Positions 13,238 to 26,309 of a DNA stretch of 64,000 bases are shown here, in pieces. Within the stretch, counting starts at the first letter, position 1. Every line of letters starts with the position of its first letter. Under the pieces are notes generated by a model, which saw only the letters and a list, made by a program, of their open reading frames with translations, did no database searches and had not been told where the DNA came from. The DNA lies in NCBI GenBank assembly GCA_025786725.1, contig JAHLTZ010000004.1:620001-684000 (forward strand). The letters run 5' to 3'. A program made the translations under genes and the position numbers. Source of the stretch: Syncephalis fuscata S228. Lineage: Eukaryota; Fungi; Zoopagomycota.

Positions 13238-13459
13238 TTATCATTTTGTGTTTACATACCCGTACTATTATTACTATTACTATCATTACTATTATCATTA
13301 GAATTAATTATTACCTAATCACATTACTTAATTACTATAAGCACGCATTATAAATAGTAAATAATAATAATAAACTTACTATATTTTATTTTTAATATGT
13401 TCTACATTTAAATTACTACTATTTATTTCGATCTTGTTATTCAATATTATTACAAATTT

Positions 13460-13975
13460 GAAGTTACTGTACTTTGACCCTATATTTTGTTTATCCATTT
13501 ATCCCTCACTTTTGAATACAATTAAACATTTATCAGTCATTATAACATGTATAATATTCATCCAACATTAGTTAATTCATATGTAATTATCAATAAATAA
13601 TGTAATAATTAGTTATCTTTATTATTGCTTAAATATATATATAGTCATTTATTTAGTCAGATTGGCTATAGAGAAAGTGGCTGTTTGATAAACGACATTT
13701 ATAATAATTATATTAATATTGATCTTACATCACAGATATACTCAAAATGCAACAGTAGAATATTGGAAAATAGAAGAAACATTCAGACACAAAAACCCAC
13801 ATCATATGTAGTAACAACAAATGTGGAATGATATGGAATTGCAATTACATGGATTCTATTAATACTTGATCAATCTTTCTACACATGGCTAATAATAATA
13901 ATAATTGGCCTTGTGAATCTCAATTGAGACTAATTTTGCTTTGAGGATTCAAAATATAAGAGTCAAAGTAAAGTT
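13460..13975 (+). repeat. Dispersed repeat family B, copy B1
   Basis: Shares GATCTTACAT...CAACAGTAGAATATTGGAAAATAGAAGAAAC...ATCAATCTTTCTACACATGG with 17505-17740 and 59365-60000, in the same orientation. Confidence 0.8.
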
Positions 13976-15289
13976 GGGGAATTTTGAAAAGCTAAAAATG
14001 CCTGATAAGAAAAAAAGTTAATTACAACAAATGCAACGAATTTTAATTTAAAACTTTGCTTATTTACATAATTAGTTAATTGTAGCAATATTAACAGTAA
14101 TGTCAATCGTGTTTTATTTGCCAAAAAACTTCCAACAATATATTTGCGGTAAATGAAGCTCAAAAATACAATACAAAAATATGCTATGTAAAATTAGCAC
14201 TAATAATGTTAAACTGTCAACGTGGCATTTGTCATTGATAAACTAGAACAATTTACTCGTAGCATTCATTCTAAACGTCACAGTAGTCGCTCCAATGTTT
14301 TAATTTAGAAAAGCCATGGGACATGGCAAAAGAAGCTTAAAAGGGTGCTGTGGTGGATTATTTAACCACTTGATTTGTATCAAATCTTGTAATGTTTTTA
14401 TTAACTAAATAAAAATAACTTTTTTATAATATTAAGCACGCTGTCCTTTATTTAATGTAATTTGGCAGTTAAATAACTATGATAGCCACACATTTAAACT
14501 AAATATCTGTGTTATTGAAGATGAAACTGGGTGATGAATGTCATTGGTGATAAAGTGTTTACTTATCATTATTATTGTACTGTACATATTTATTTTGTAT
14601 ACTTGTACTTTATGTCCATCTATATCATTAAATTGTGAATTGTAGAAACTATACTAATAAAAGCCAAAAGCTTATTGTCAACTGCATTTTCTTAGTAAAT
14701 TTTGATTTATTTCGTTCATTACTTTTGGTCAATTGCATACAATATAGTTTTGCTATTACTATTCACATATGTGTTTGCTTATTTATTTTGTTTTATAATA
14801 TTCTATACTTTGTTGCCAAGTTTTATTAAATAGCGTTTTTATTCTAATTTCAGTATACTATTACTTGGCTATATGATAATGATAGTTTTGCTACTATACA
14901 TACCAATCTATGCCTATAGCTTACACAATATAATCATACACATTTTGTTAATTTAACTATTTGATTAATGGTTGTCATTATTGGATACAAATAGAACATG
15001 ATCATAGATATATTGATTTGATTGTATATAGTTAAGATAAAACCATAAGTTTATTACTATAAGCTTGCACAGTTGAATAGAAACAACTGGATGCAAGCCT
15101 GTTGATAAAATAGTGATTTCATTGATTAAAGACTGGATAAACCGGAGCATTGGCCAAAACTTGATATATAAATAGACTGGACGGCGTAGTTGTCAAATGG
15201 TCTTGCATTTCACCGAATATATACCTAAAGTGTATTGGAATAGTGGTTTGATTGCACTATCAATGCCAATGTTTTTGAACCATCGATTA

Positions 15290-15499
15290 TTAGCAGCGAC
15301 AAGAGGAGCGACAAGAAGAAGTAGTCTTCTAAAAATAATCCTTCTTGCATCTGTCAACGCATGCCGCGCAATCTGCATAACCAAGACGACGAACTAAAGC
15401 TGGTTTAGCATCCGCTGTGGTTGGCTTAGCATCCACCATAGTTGTGGTGGCTATTAGAGCCACAACGACAGTGCAAATGACGGCAATAGAAAGCTTCAT
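15290..15499 (-). CDS. Small secreted six-cysteine prepropeptide with an in-frame TAG (pseudogene, recoded gene or sequence error)
   Basis: Manual translation: MKLSIAVICTVVVALIATTTMVDA-KPTTADAKPALVRR-LGYADCAACVDRCKKDYF*KTTSSCRSSCRC*. TAG at 15329-15331; TATAAATA about 140 nt upstream. Not in the ORF track. Confidence 0.75.
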
Positions 15500-15636
15500 G
15501 GTGATATTAATTTGTTAAGACAAACAAACAGAGCAGACAATAGAGTGTGGTTGGTGTAAAGTGTATAGTAGTGCGTGTATAGTAAGAAGTAGAGTGTAAT
15601 GATGCTATTGCAGTTGGTTGTGTATATTTTGTGGGC

Positions 15637-15644
15637 TATTTATA
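15637..15644 (-). promoter_or_regulatory. Candidate TATA box of the Cys-rich peptide gene
   Basis: Plus-strand TATTTATA = TATAAATA on the minus strand, ~140 nt upstream of ATG 15499. Confidence 0.45.
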
Positions 15645-17504
15645 CTTACGGTTATACTGAGATACACTAGTATGCTGTAGTATATGAGGTACACTATTGA
15701 TGTGCAATATGAACCAATAAAGCAATCCAAATAATGGTTTGAGGTGTGCATGCATTAATGGTTTCAGGGTGTGATAGCATGCTGCCTAGGCTTAATTTCA
15801 ACCTACTCAGTCTTGCTTTTAACCTGCCCGGTCTTTACTCCAATATGCTAGCCATTTGCACGAATGGTGTAAAATGTTCATAACCCAGTACATATGCAAT
15901 AAAAATTGGCATATTCGTCTGTATTTTTTGTTACACGGCCTAACTATTTGGTAAAAGCAAGTATATTGTTTGGCTTTGTAAAATGATAATGATGTCTTTG
16001 CCATTTCTACCGACTTTGCCCTCAATATCTGTTGCATACAGAATAACACACAACACTGATACAAAAGCAAGCTTAATGTATCAAATTGATATTTTATACA
16101 GGTTTTTACTGCCATACATAAATTAGTTATAATTTTTTAAATTATAAAGCGTGTTGATTGGTACATGCATGTATTTCATTCGACACTATGCCCATTGTTA
16201 TGGGGCAATAATTGTTTCGGATTCACAAATACATCACATCCAGGCATATCATGCCACATGTGCAACTGCTATCATTCAAATGGCGGCTAATTCAAACCAC
16301 CTGAAACCGACTATACAATAAGTACTATTTGTAGAATGATGCATCATGGCATTCTGAGCAATGAAATATTTTAACAAATCATTTTTATCAGTTTTTCAAC
16401 TGTAAACTAAATTCCATTAACTAAATTACACGCAATACAATATGAAGGCACTAGACTAGACACAATAAAAGTTTTAAACAATTACCAGTAATTTCGAGTA
16501 CATGATGGTTATGGATTGTACATCAGCCGATAATCATCTAAGGCCTAAGTGCTGGTTACATTTCTAAAACCAATTTAACAAGTCAAGCAAGATGGAATAT
16601 AGAAGAACAAACCAACGCAGAAACCAATGGAAAAACAATCAGCAGCTCAAAGGCTTACTAGTTTAACCCATAGCAAATCATTATAACTATGCTAAGCTAC
16701 GATGCGTTTATCAAAGTTGGCTGTTACTGATGCGACCAGAACAGCAACAATGTTAAATTGAGATAATGCACAGAAAACAGAGAGTTGTAAATAAGATTAA
16801 ATCAGAGTTTATTAATTAAAAAACTTATCATTTTCACTATAATGTATAATTCTGATTGTTTGTACGGATAAATATTTACAATCACATTGTAACCTCTTAT
16901 ATACTTACATTTATACGAACACCAACTAAGCCAACTATTATAAAGCTTAATTTAATTATCTATCAAAGTAAGCAGCTAATATTACACATTATTGCAATAA
17001 TAGAAAAACATATTTATTTATTGGCCATTAATAAAATATTATAGCTATATATTAAAATAAAACAAAACATTGGATTGGGCGCGTAATATTTACACGATCA
17101 AATCATTTTTTATTTACTCATTTCATCGTTTTTTTATCGCTATCTTATTATTTTATTCAGTAATATATTATACGATAATGCCGAATATAACAATATAAAT
17201 AGCATGCGTATTTGAACATTAATAAAAAACACTATTCAATTCCTAGTCCTTATTTTTCTTATTTACATCAACACCTGTTCAAGTAATCCCAACGGCATGC
17301 CGTATATTCTGGTTACACCTGTCGCCACAAATCTTCCTGGTGAAGACACTCAACCTATTATTATTGTATATGGTGAAGGCCATTTGCTTTATCAATGGTT
17401 GGCAAATAAACTGCACCTACGAAGTTGATACCAAGAATGCTCAAGACAATGGTGAACATCAGAAACGCTAGTCGTCCTACCTTTTTGTCATCGTATACGA
17501 GTAG

Positions 17505-17740
17505 CTTACATCACAAATATGCCCAAAATGCAACAGTAGAATATTGGAAAATAGAAGAAACCATTCAGATACAAAAAACCCACATCATATGCAGTAACAA
17601 CAAATGTGGAATAACATGAAATTGCAATCATATGGATTCTATTAATACTTAATCAATCTTTCTACACATGGCCAACAACAATAATTAGTTTCAAATATTT
17701 CAAAGAAATCAAATAGTATTTTACGTTATTTATTAAAATG
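17505..17740 (+). repeat. Dispersed repeat family B, copy B2 (5'-truncated)
   Basis: Direct similarity to 13724-13900 and 59646-59890. Confidence 0.8.
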
Positions 17741-17949
17741 TTTAATATTATTGCTAATACAATGTTCTGTTGCATTTAATTCTATTTTATGGAAATAACA
17801 GTAATATTGTTTTAATATTTATTATAAATGATAACTTAAACACAATTAATCCAATCAACTCGTCAGCTATTTAAATCGTTACAATTGATTGTGTAAAAAG
17901 ACTTGCTGCATTAGAAAGTCAAAGTAAATATAATCATTTACTATTTATT

Positions 17950-18750
17950 ATCCATTTATTGTTTGTTTGGTGATCAAATAGCTATTTTTAATAACATACA
18001 ATCTATTGAACATGATGGTGAGCGGTGAATGACATCAATCATCAAATACTGATTAGCATAGATTTATTATCCAGTATGCATATATCTTCTATCTATCTAT
18101 ATCATTATATGATATACTAGACATATTTATTATTTATATTTTCCAATATACTTTACTCGTTTCCTCCTTACGTTATATGCGCTATAACCTCAACACCACT
18201 TATTACGCTCTTCCTATTGTATATTCATTTTATTCTATATCATTTAATTATCACCTAGCCTTTCTCCGTCCAAAACTGTTTATATTTTTGTTTTAGCTTT
18301 ATTATTAATAAATCTTGACTCATTTCGTTTGTTCATTCACAAATATATTAACTGCAACCTCATTGTCGTTATTTGTGCTTTTCCTATTTCATATTCATTA
18401 TAATATATATTATTTATAATACAATGATTATGGGTTATTCATAGCTAGTTTTATTTTAACATTAGCTTTATTGGTTATAAAATTCATTTCATTTCTCTAT
18501 CTTTAGTGATCAAACTATATGTAGTTGGAACTTATAGCAAACAACATTTAGTCAATATACTATAAAATGGTATGTGGTAGTATGGAATAGAATAGAAATG
18601 ATATAGATAGATAGAATATATATGCATACTAGATAATAAATCTATGCTAATCAGTATTTGATGATTGATGTCATTCACCGCCCCCATCATGTTCAATAGA
18701 AAGAATGTGCAGTTTAATTACGCAAATATTATTAAATTTAGTCGTTTGAC
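17950..18750. mobile_element. Family A element, copy A2 (reverse orientation to A1)
   Basis: Inverted repeats at ~18002-18101 and ~18602-18700; core is the reverse complement of the A1 core. Confidence 0.85.
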
Positions 18751-19052
18751 CACCGAATCACCTTTAATGGGTAATAAATGTTTGCCAATAGTTTAACTGA
18801 TAACGGAAATAAATAAACAAATAGCTAAATAAGTCGTTAGTGTTATTGCTAAAATGAATAGCGCAGTTGTAGCCATATTAAATATAACTAATTATGCTAT
18901 GTTAATATTTACGAGAAAAAAGAAGCTAGCTTTATTTAATTAATAAAGTAAATTTTATATATAATAATATTGTAATACAAATCAGGTGATTAATGATGTA
19001 TTACAAGTACCGACTAATTGCCATGCCTACAATATATTTAAAAGGTCAAGTA

Positions 19053-20185
19053 TTAGCTTTCAGTTGCGGCTGGTGGTTCTCTTAAAGCTTCTTTGTAGTT
19101 AGGCGGAGGTAATGGCACGACTTGCATATCGCTCGTGTCGAGTGTTACGGTCCAGCGATTGGTATGTGCACGATTTTCGGTTAGTCCTGCACGAGCACGA
19201 CTTTCTAACGTGCGCGAAGGTCCAGGTACTGGAGGAAAGGCTGATGCATCGGATAGTACGCCACTTGCTTTGCCTGTTTCAAGCATTGCTGGAGCAGGAA
19301 CGGCCACAGGGCGATCAGCCGTTGGCTTGATACGTTCAGGATTGGCAATGGCATTTGAAAATGACATACTGCGGCCACTCCAGTTCTGGGGCAATCCTGA
19401 CCGACCGACCGAGCGTGTAACTGCTGATGAGCGACGTAGATCAAGCGAACCTCCGCGAAAAATACGTCGTCGTCGTTCTGGCTGTTGCTGCCCACTTTGG
19501 CCGGTACCCGATCGTGACATTTCTTTTGTTGAAAAGGTACCATCACCGGTTGAGTAGCTGGAACCTTTGCCACGATGGCGACGCCGGCGCTGGCGTACAT
19601 AAGCGTTGATAGCTAGCGCAATACCAATGCCAAGAACAACAGTTGGAATAACAATGATACATACAAGAGCAGTCGTTCCAAGACGTCGATTTACTGCTGG
19701 CGATTCAAAATGCTTCTCAAAGTCTTTATCTTCTTGATTGCTAGATTCTGCTGCAGCTGCAGTTTTTGACGACTTATCAGCACTGGTAGTTGATGTAGCG
19801 TCAATTAAAAACGGATTACCGTTTAATGGTGGTGGTGCTTGCACGATAGGAATGTCATTTGATGGCGATGGTGATGATGGTACAATAGGAGTATTGCCTG
19901 ATGTTTGCGTTGCTGTTACAGTAGGAGTAGCAACAACTAATAAAGGTTTTGTAATAGAGACTGTAGAAGTGGATGGACTTCGATGCTTATGAGGCTGCGT
20001 TACTGTAGCCGAAGCCTGAGGCAAATCATTTTGTTGAGGATGGGCTATACATTCAATAGATATTGACAAAAGTAAGGCGAATGTGAATACAGCTCGTAAT
20101 AATGGCACGAAAGCTTTAACTTCAAAAAATCTAGTATAAAGCAATTCATGCTGCACCGTAACAGCTATATACACTCCTATTTCAT
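19053..20185 (-). CDS. Signal peptide + Ser/Thr/Pro-rich ectodomain + single TM + PPNY tail (Mid2-like topology)
   Basis: ORF 19053..20174; TM ALVCIIVIPTVVLGIGIALAI then RQRRRRHR; C-terminal PPPNY. ATG at 20185 joins the ORF if one A is missing from ATGAAATAGG, so the start is uncertain. Confidence 0.7.
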
Positions 20186-20691
20186 ATAATTCGATGTAAT
20201 GCTAGAAATGCTGATGCAAGAACAGTAATGACAAAAATGCTAATGATGCTATGAAATGCAATAAACAAAAAACAATTGGAATAACGATGCTATGCTGATG
20301 TTGAAAATGAATGAAAATGCGCAAATGCTAATAAAATGTAAAAGTTGCTAAAGGTGGGCAAATATCAGTATGACGTTTGTTCCGCCTGGCATTAAAGGCG
20401 AAGTACTGTATGTTTGAAAAGGTAAGGACATTGCTACGCATGTAGAAATAATTCTATTATAATGATTGGCCAAGCGAACAGCGTGATGCCAATTTGTGAC
20501 ACTCAAAGTTTGTAAACTTTGAAAATTAAACAAAGGCATGACTGCTATTTTATTTAGCGAAAATGGAAATAATGATAAATGATAGTGATTGACAAAGAAG
20601 CACAAAGGTGGCAGGCAACAGGCAGCAACAACAATAAAAGTAAATACCATAAATATCACACCTGTCCCTTGGAAGGATGGATGCAATGGTG

Positions 20692-22874
20692 TTACTGCAA
20701 AGCCTGAGCTTCTGTAATACCGGAACGAAGTAATTGCGCGCGTAAATGAAGTCGATTGTCAAAGTCGTAGCCGTCGGCGTCTGTAGCCCGTTTAAGCCAT
20801 AATTCTACTTCTGTCCATTGTTGATTTGCACTTGATGAGCTAGCATTATTTGCCCGATAACATGCAATAACCGCACGTTCGTACCAAGAGAATATAACGG
20901 CGTATCGGTCATCTTTGATGTTTTCGTCTATATGATCCAACATCTCGGTGGCCGCGTCCAAATCGCCATTTTCGCGTAACAAGCTGGATAGTGCTACCCG
21001 AATAACCGTCTTTTCGTCGGATGTACGTGCGGCTGATTCGGCCTCTTTTAAGTGTTCTAGTGCTTGAGCACGACTATTAGTATCAAGCTGGTGGAATCCA
21101 TTCCAAATGTAGACAAGCTCAAGTACAAGATTACGCCATGGCTTATTTGCCGGTGGTGGATTATCCATGATCTGTTTATGCTTGCGTAGAACATATTGCT
21201 CTGCTGGAATAAGTCGGCCACCAAATCGCTTCTTTAATAGGGATGGAACTAAGGCCAGTACATTTATTGCTTGTTCGGTATCGCCAACAGCAAATAAACA
21301 TACTGTTTGTAGATAAGCGTAGAATGCTCTTGACCAATTGGTGCTTGTCGTTAAACTACCAAATAAATCGCCGCCCATCTGATAATTACCGATTAAAATT
21401 GAACACCTGTTACACATATACTATGGATTAGTGCTTATGCTACACAACTGGCCCCAACTTTTCTCTTTTTTTACTATTAATAGGCTTACCAAGCAAATTC
21501 ATAGTCCATTAAATGTTCTAATTGTGCCCATCGAGTTGCTGGTGTGCCATCATCCGGTACATGCTCTCGATGAAATAGTTCTGCAGCACGTGGAAGATCG
21601 GACCGAACACGGCACAACTTGCCTTCCATAAGACGCCAAAGTCGGCCATTGGGGTATCGGTCACGCATACGAGTGATAAGTTCACCTGCTTCCTTTAGAT
21701 TGTTTTCCAGTGATGGTGCAAAGCTTGCGAATGAATTTAATCCAGTATGGTAGCCTAGAAGAGTAAGGGCCGCAAAGGGGGTATGCATATCAGTATTGCG
21801 ATTACTTGCACGTCTTAATAATTCTAATCCTTGCGTTCGATTGCCACGAAGACCAAAGGCCGATAATACTTTAAGAGCCCGTGGTGGTAACATTGATAAA
21901 GCTAGTCTAAAAAAGCCTACACCAAAACTTACACCGGCCGATATTAACTCATCAGCTACATCTGTATTCGAGGATGGTGCATCACCAAGTGCTAGCATAT
22001 CCATAGCTATAATAGTCGTTTCTGTATCAGTCTCTGTTGTTGTTGTACTTGACTGTTTGGTAATTAGTGTAGTTGTAGTAGATGAATTTGTAGTTAGTTC
22101 AATCATCTGCTCTGCACCTTGACTGGATCGTCTTGAAGAGATGGAACGTGTAGACGAGCTTGACTTTGATCTTTGCCTATTAAACCAGCTACTTCCCTTC
22201 ACGGGTTTGACTGGCTCAACTACCATCCCTGCTTGATCAATATTCTTCTGCTGCTTTACTCCATCTATATCTTCGTCCTTTCCTTCGTTACCATATTCGT
22301 CTTCACTGTCTGCTTGTTCGCCATAAGCCGCAGTCCGACATGCGCAATACATCTTGTAGGCATTGCGTAATTTATATGCACCTTTGGCATATTCTACAAT
22401 GCTTTCTCGCATAAATAATAGGCAAGAAGCCAATAGTGTACAATCAGCGGCTAATACATCAAATACTACGGCAGATTTTACAACACTAGCGTTTGTATTG
22501 TCTTTACGTATCCGACGAGCCCGATCTGTAGCCAGCGTCTCCGCTGCTTGTAGTCGTTGAAGTGCCTCGGTAATAACCCGCTCTTCAAAGCCCAAAACAG
22601 CGTCGATAAATGCTGTTAATGCATAGCCAACAGCATGAATAGGCGATTCTTTAGCACGTAGGCCAAGTACACGCTCTGCCTCTTCAAATCTGTCATCAAA
22701 TAAATGCTCAAATCCGACACGAGCATCTTCCCACTCTAAATGCCACCCATCAAACGATAATGGCGACATGGCCAAACTGGCACTTGACGTTGAGGAATTG
22801 TTTTGTTGCCGGCTGTCTGTTGACTTTCGGTCTGTTGACGTCCCCCATAGTGAATTAGTTACACTAGCAAACAT
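20692..22874 (-). CDS. IML2: Iml2/TTC39 family TPR-like protein; exons 22874-21490, 21406-20692
   Basis: ISAGVSFGVGFFRLALSMLPPRALKVLSAFGLRGNRTQGLELL, WAQLEHLMDYEFAW|C, WSRAFYAYL, LELVYIWNGF and GYDFDNRLHLR are typical of the family; GT-AG intron in frame. Confidence 0.85.
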
Positions 22875-23335
22875 ATTTACGTCTATTTCACATAGCAAGC
22901 AAATAAATAAATGTTAGTTAAACAATAAAGTCATCTCCTGCATTGTATAACGTCACACGTTTGACAACTATATAGCCTACATTGATTAGTGTAATGACAA
23001 GAAAGTAAATGCCAGCTTTTAGTATTCTTTAAGAGCAGCTATATAGTAGAGTTGAACAGTTGCAAAATTGACTAGACAGTCCAAGGAATATAGAAGAATA
23101 GCAAAACATAAATGATAAGGAAGAAAGGGAGGACAAAGTGGCTATGCAGTATTATGTAGTGTACAGATGTCGTTTGGAGCGTGTGATTCCTGCAGTTAAA
23201 TTAATAGTACCGCTGTGTCTACACCTAATCATCTGCTAGTGACTCACAGTTAGGTTATCTGGCTCGAATTATTTTGATTCAGTTTGAAGTTGCTTTATTT
23301 TTTGAACAACAATTAATACGCACATATAATCAATA

Positions 23336-23681
23336 TTACTGTAACGTAGACTCTTTCTTGGCATTTTCAGGTGCGGGTGGCATAGGTACATCGCTAAAAT
23401 CATCTTGTTTAACCGCCAAGATCGAGTAAGCATCTAAAAGTGTCATGGTATGTTAAGGCTATTTTTATGCTGCCAAGAAGTCGGCTATTACTTGTGTCGA
23501 ATAGAACGATGACAGGTATTGCCTATAGTAAAGAAAAAAGGATACACACTGCTGTAACAAAGCCAAACAGTCCTAAGCCCACGGCAGCATTTCGAAGGCG
23601 ATATGGACGTCTTGCTCGCTGCAATGCCTCGGTAAATCCGTAGCCCTTAGGGCCTGCATAAGGCGATGGTTTGAATACCAT
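23336..23681 (-). CDS. COA3: Cytochrome c oxidase assembly factor 3, 77 aa; exons 23681-23546, 23433-23336
   Basis: Manual translation MVFKPSPYAGPKGYGFTEALQRARRPYRLRNAAVGLGLFGFVTAVYAYSILAVKQDDFSDVPMPPAPENAKKESTLQ* shows the Coa3 pattern (RAR.P....N, one TM, DDF.DVP.PP). Confidence 0.9.
23434..23545 (-). other. U12-type (minor spliceosome) GT-AG intron
   Basis: Donor GTATCCTTTT; branch site CCTTAAC about 20 nt upstream of the 3' TAG; 112 nt; phase 1 in a Tyr codon. Confidence 0.85.
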
Positions 23682-24021
23682 GATTGCTGATCGCGTTAAT
23701 GAATTTAAGCAAGATTAAAGTGAAGATCTGAGACGTCGCGGTCTTCTGTTGTTGTGTGCACATTTAGTATGTTGTTTAGTAAGCAGACTCGGTTGAGTTA
23801 CAATTAAATCTCATTTGATTAAGTGAAAATCTGATAGAGCTAAAACAAAATGACCTCACGCACTTTCTTCAATATTAGCCTATCTACTTCAGGGATAATC
23901 GTATACAGTGCTGGTTTAAACGTTTCGGCTATTAATGAACATACGATCCAGCAGGAGAAAGATCATTACAAGGGATTAAACAGCGATCTGGTTGTCGATC
24001 GTATTGTAGACACTTAAGAAT

Positions 24022-25977
24022 ATGACTTTATTAACAAGACTGGCTCGCGGTAGTTGGACCGCTCGCCCACTAGCAGCCAGCCGACCAACCACAGTTACGC
24101 TGCGTAATGTTAATGCGCTGCCGGTTCGTCGTTTTGCTATTTCCGCATTAGCACGACATGAAGCAGCAGCACGTACTGGCGATGCCGCTACAGCCACCGT
24201 AACAACACCAGAGGCTGGTAAATTATACTTGTTAGCAACCATTCATAACATTGATACTAAATAATGTGCCATTAGAATCATTTGGATTTGAAGAAGCAAC
24301 TGTACGGCCGGCCAATCGGCCAGTGTATCTTGATATGCAGGCTACAACACCTATAGATCCTCGTGTACTTGATGCTATGCTACCATTTATGACGCAGCAA
24401 TATGGCAATCCACATTCACGTACTCATCAGTATGGCTGGGAGTCCGAGGTGGCAGTAGATGCTGCTCGTGCAGTAAGTTTGCTATTTATAGATTATATTA
24501 TTTATAAATTAATACTATTTATTAGGAAGTGGCATCGTTGATTAATGCCGATCCTAAAGAAGTTGTTTTTACTTCGGGTGCCACTGAGTCCAACAATCTT
24601 TGCATTAAAGGTGTTGCAAATTTCTATCGTGAACGCAAGAAGCATATTATTACAACGCAAACGGTAGGCAATATATATATATATATATATGCGTTTAATG
24701 TAATTATTTATAACATTAATACTATTTTATTTATATATTATTAGGAACATAAATGTGTATTGGACTCTTGTCGTTTCTTGCAAGAAGAAGGCTTTGACGT
24801 GACTTATTTGCCAGTTAGCCAAGGAGGTCTAATTGATCTTGCAGAGCTTGAAAAAGCGATTCGTCCTGACACGGCTCTTGTATCGATCATGACGGTCAAC
24901 AACGAAATTGGTGTTATTCAGCCTATGGCCGAAATTGGTCGTATTTGTCGTCAACACAAAGTGTTCTTCCACACAGATGCAGCCCAGGCATTTGGCAAGA
25001 TTCCACTAGATGTCAATGCAATGAACATTGATTTAATGTCCATCTCTGGCCATAAGATCTATGGACCAAAGGGTGTGGGTGCAATGTATGTGCGCCGACG
25101 CCCTCGTGTACGTCTAGCACCTCTCATTTCTGGTGGTGGACAAGAGCGTGGTCTACGTAGTGGTACCGTGCCAGCTCCATTAGCTGCTGGTATGGGTGCT
25201 GCTTGTCGAATTGCTCGCGAGGAAATGAAGGAAGGTAAGCAGGTGTAATGTGGAGTGATGGTATTAGTATCAGTGATTAAACTACTGCAGTGCCGACACT
25301 GTATGAATACAGCATGTATGTCATTAATGTGGCGGTCCCGAGTAGTATGTAGTATATGATATTCAATTATTAAATTGCATACTGAGCTGACTAAGCAGCA
25401 GGGGTAATGAGGTATTACTTACTTGGCCATTAATTATACTATGTTATTTATAATTATCAAATAGCTAACTACTGGTGATTTATTAATTAACTTGTAGCAT
25501 GACTCGGAACACGTCGAACGTCTTTCAAACCGACTTATCAACGGCATTACTTCGCAAGTCGATCATGTAGTTCGTAATGGCGATCCTGACCATACCTATC
25601 CTGGTAAGTAATGGCACATTATTAGCTGTATTATTATTAGCTAACTAGTGTGCTATAGGCTGTGTCAATTTATCATTTGCTTATGTTGAGGGCGAGTCGC
25701 TACTTATGGCGCTTAAGGATATTGCACTAAGTAGCGGTAGTGCATGCACATCTGCTTCACTTGAGCCATCTTATGTGTTGCGTGCACTAGGTGCTGAAGA
25801 GGACATGGCACATAGCAGCATTCGGTTTGGTATTGGAAGATTTACAACCGAGGAAGAAGTAGACTTTGTAGTTGCGCGTGTTTGCCAGCATGTCAACCGT
25901 CTACGAGAAATGAGCCCATTGTGGGAGATGGTACAGGAAGGCATTGACTTAAGAGTATCCAATGGTCTCAGCACTAG
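24022..25977 (+). CDS. NFS1: Mitochondrial cysteine desulfurase; exons approx. 24022-24217, 24276-24472, 24526-24663, 24745-~25234/25242, 25498-25603, 25659-25977
   Basis: Mitochondrial presequence; [43 protein letters not shown] (PLP Lys), [17 protein letters not shown] (catalytic Cys). The conserved end SIQWSQH* needs one extra A at ~25951. Confidence 0.95.
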
Positions 25978-26309
25978 AATCAATTTGTTGTTATCATTTT
26001 AGTTGAAGTAATAGCAACATAGTAGTATTAGCAGCAGTAGTAACAGCGACTTGAATCGCCCCCTATCGTTTGTTATTTTGAATAAACAAGTTATCATTTG
26101 CGTTTAATATAATTGTTTTGTGATGATAGTATAATTGGCCATTGTAAATATTTAAATAGAAATAATATTTGATAATAGTAATAAAAAACTTTCTACAACT
26201 TTATTAAACAGACTTGAAGTAATATCTAAATAAAACATATACAAAATAGATGGTATTTTCCCTGTTGTGACATATATTAGGATGACCACAAGGGTGACAT
26301 TAGAGTAAA

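Noticed and set aside
15329-15331. Genome-wide TAG reassignment
   Set aside because: TAG terminates SYS1, NFS1 and the 4440 gene normally, and the long ORFs contain no internal TAG.
16575-16775. Possible second decayed secreted Cys peptide on the minus strand (…IVAVLVASVTANFDKR…)
   Set aside because: No ATG, several stops and an unconvincing Cys pattern.
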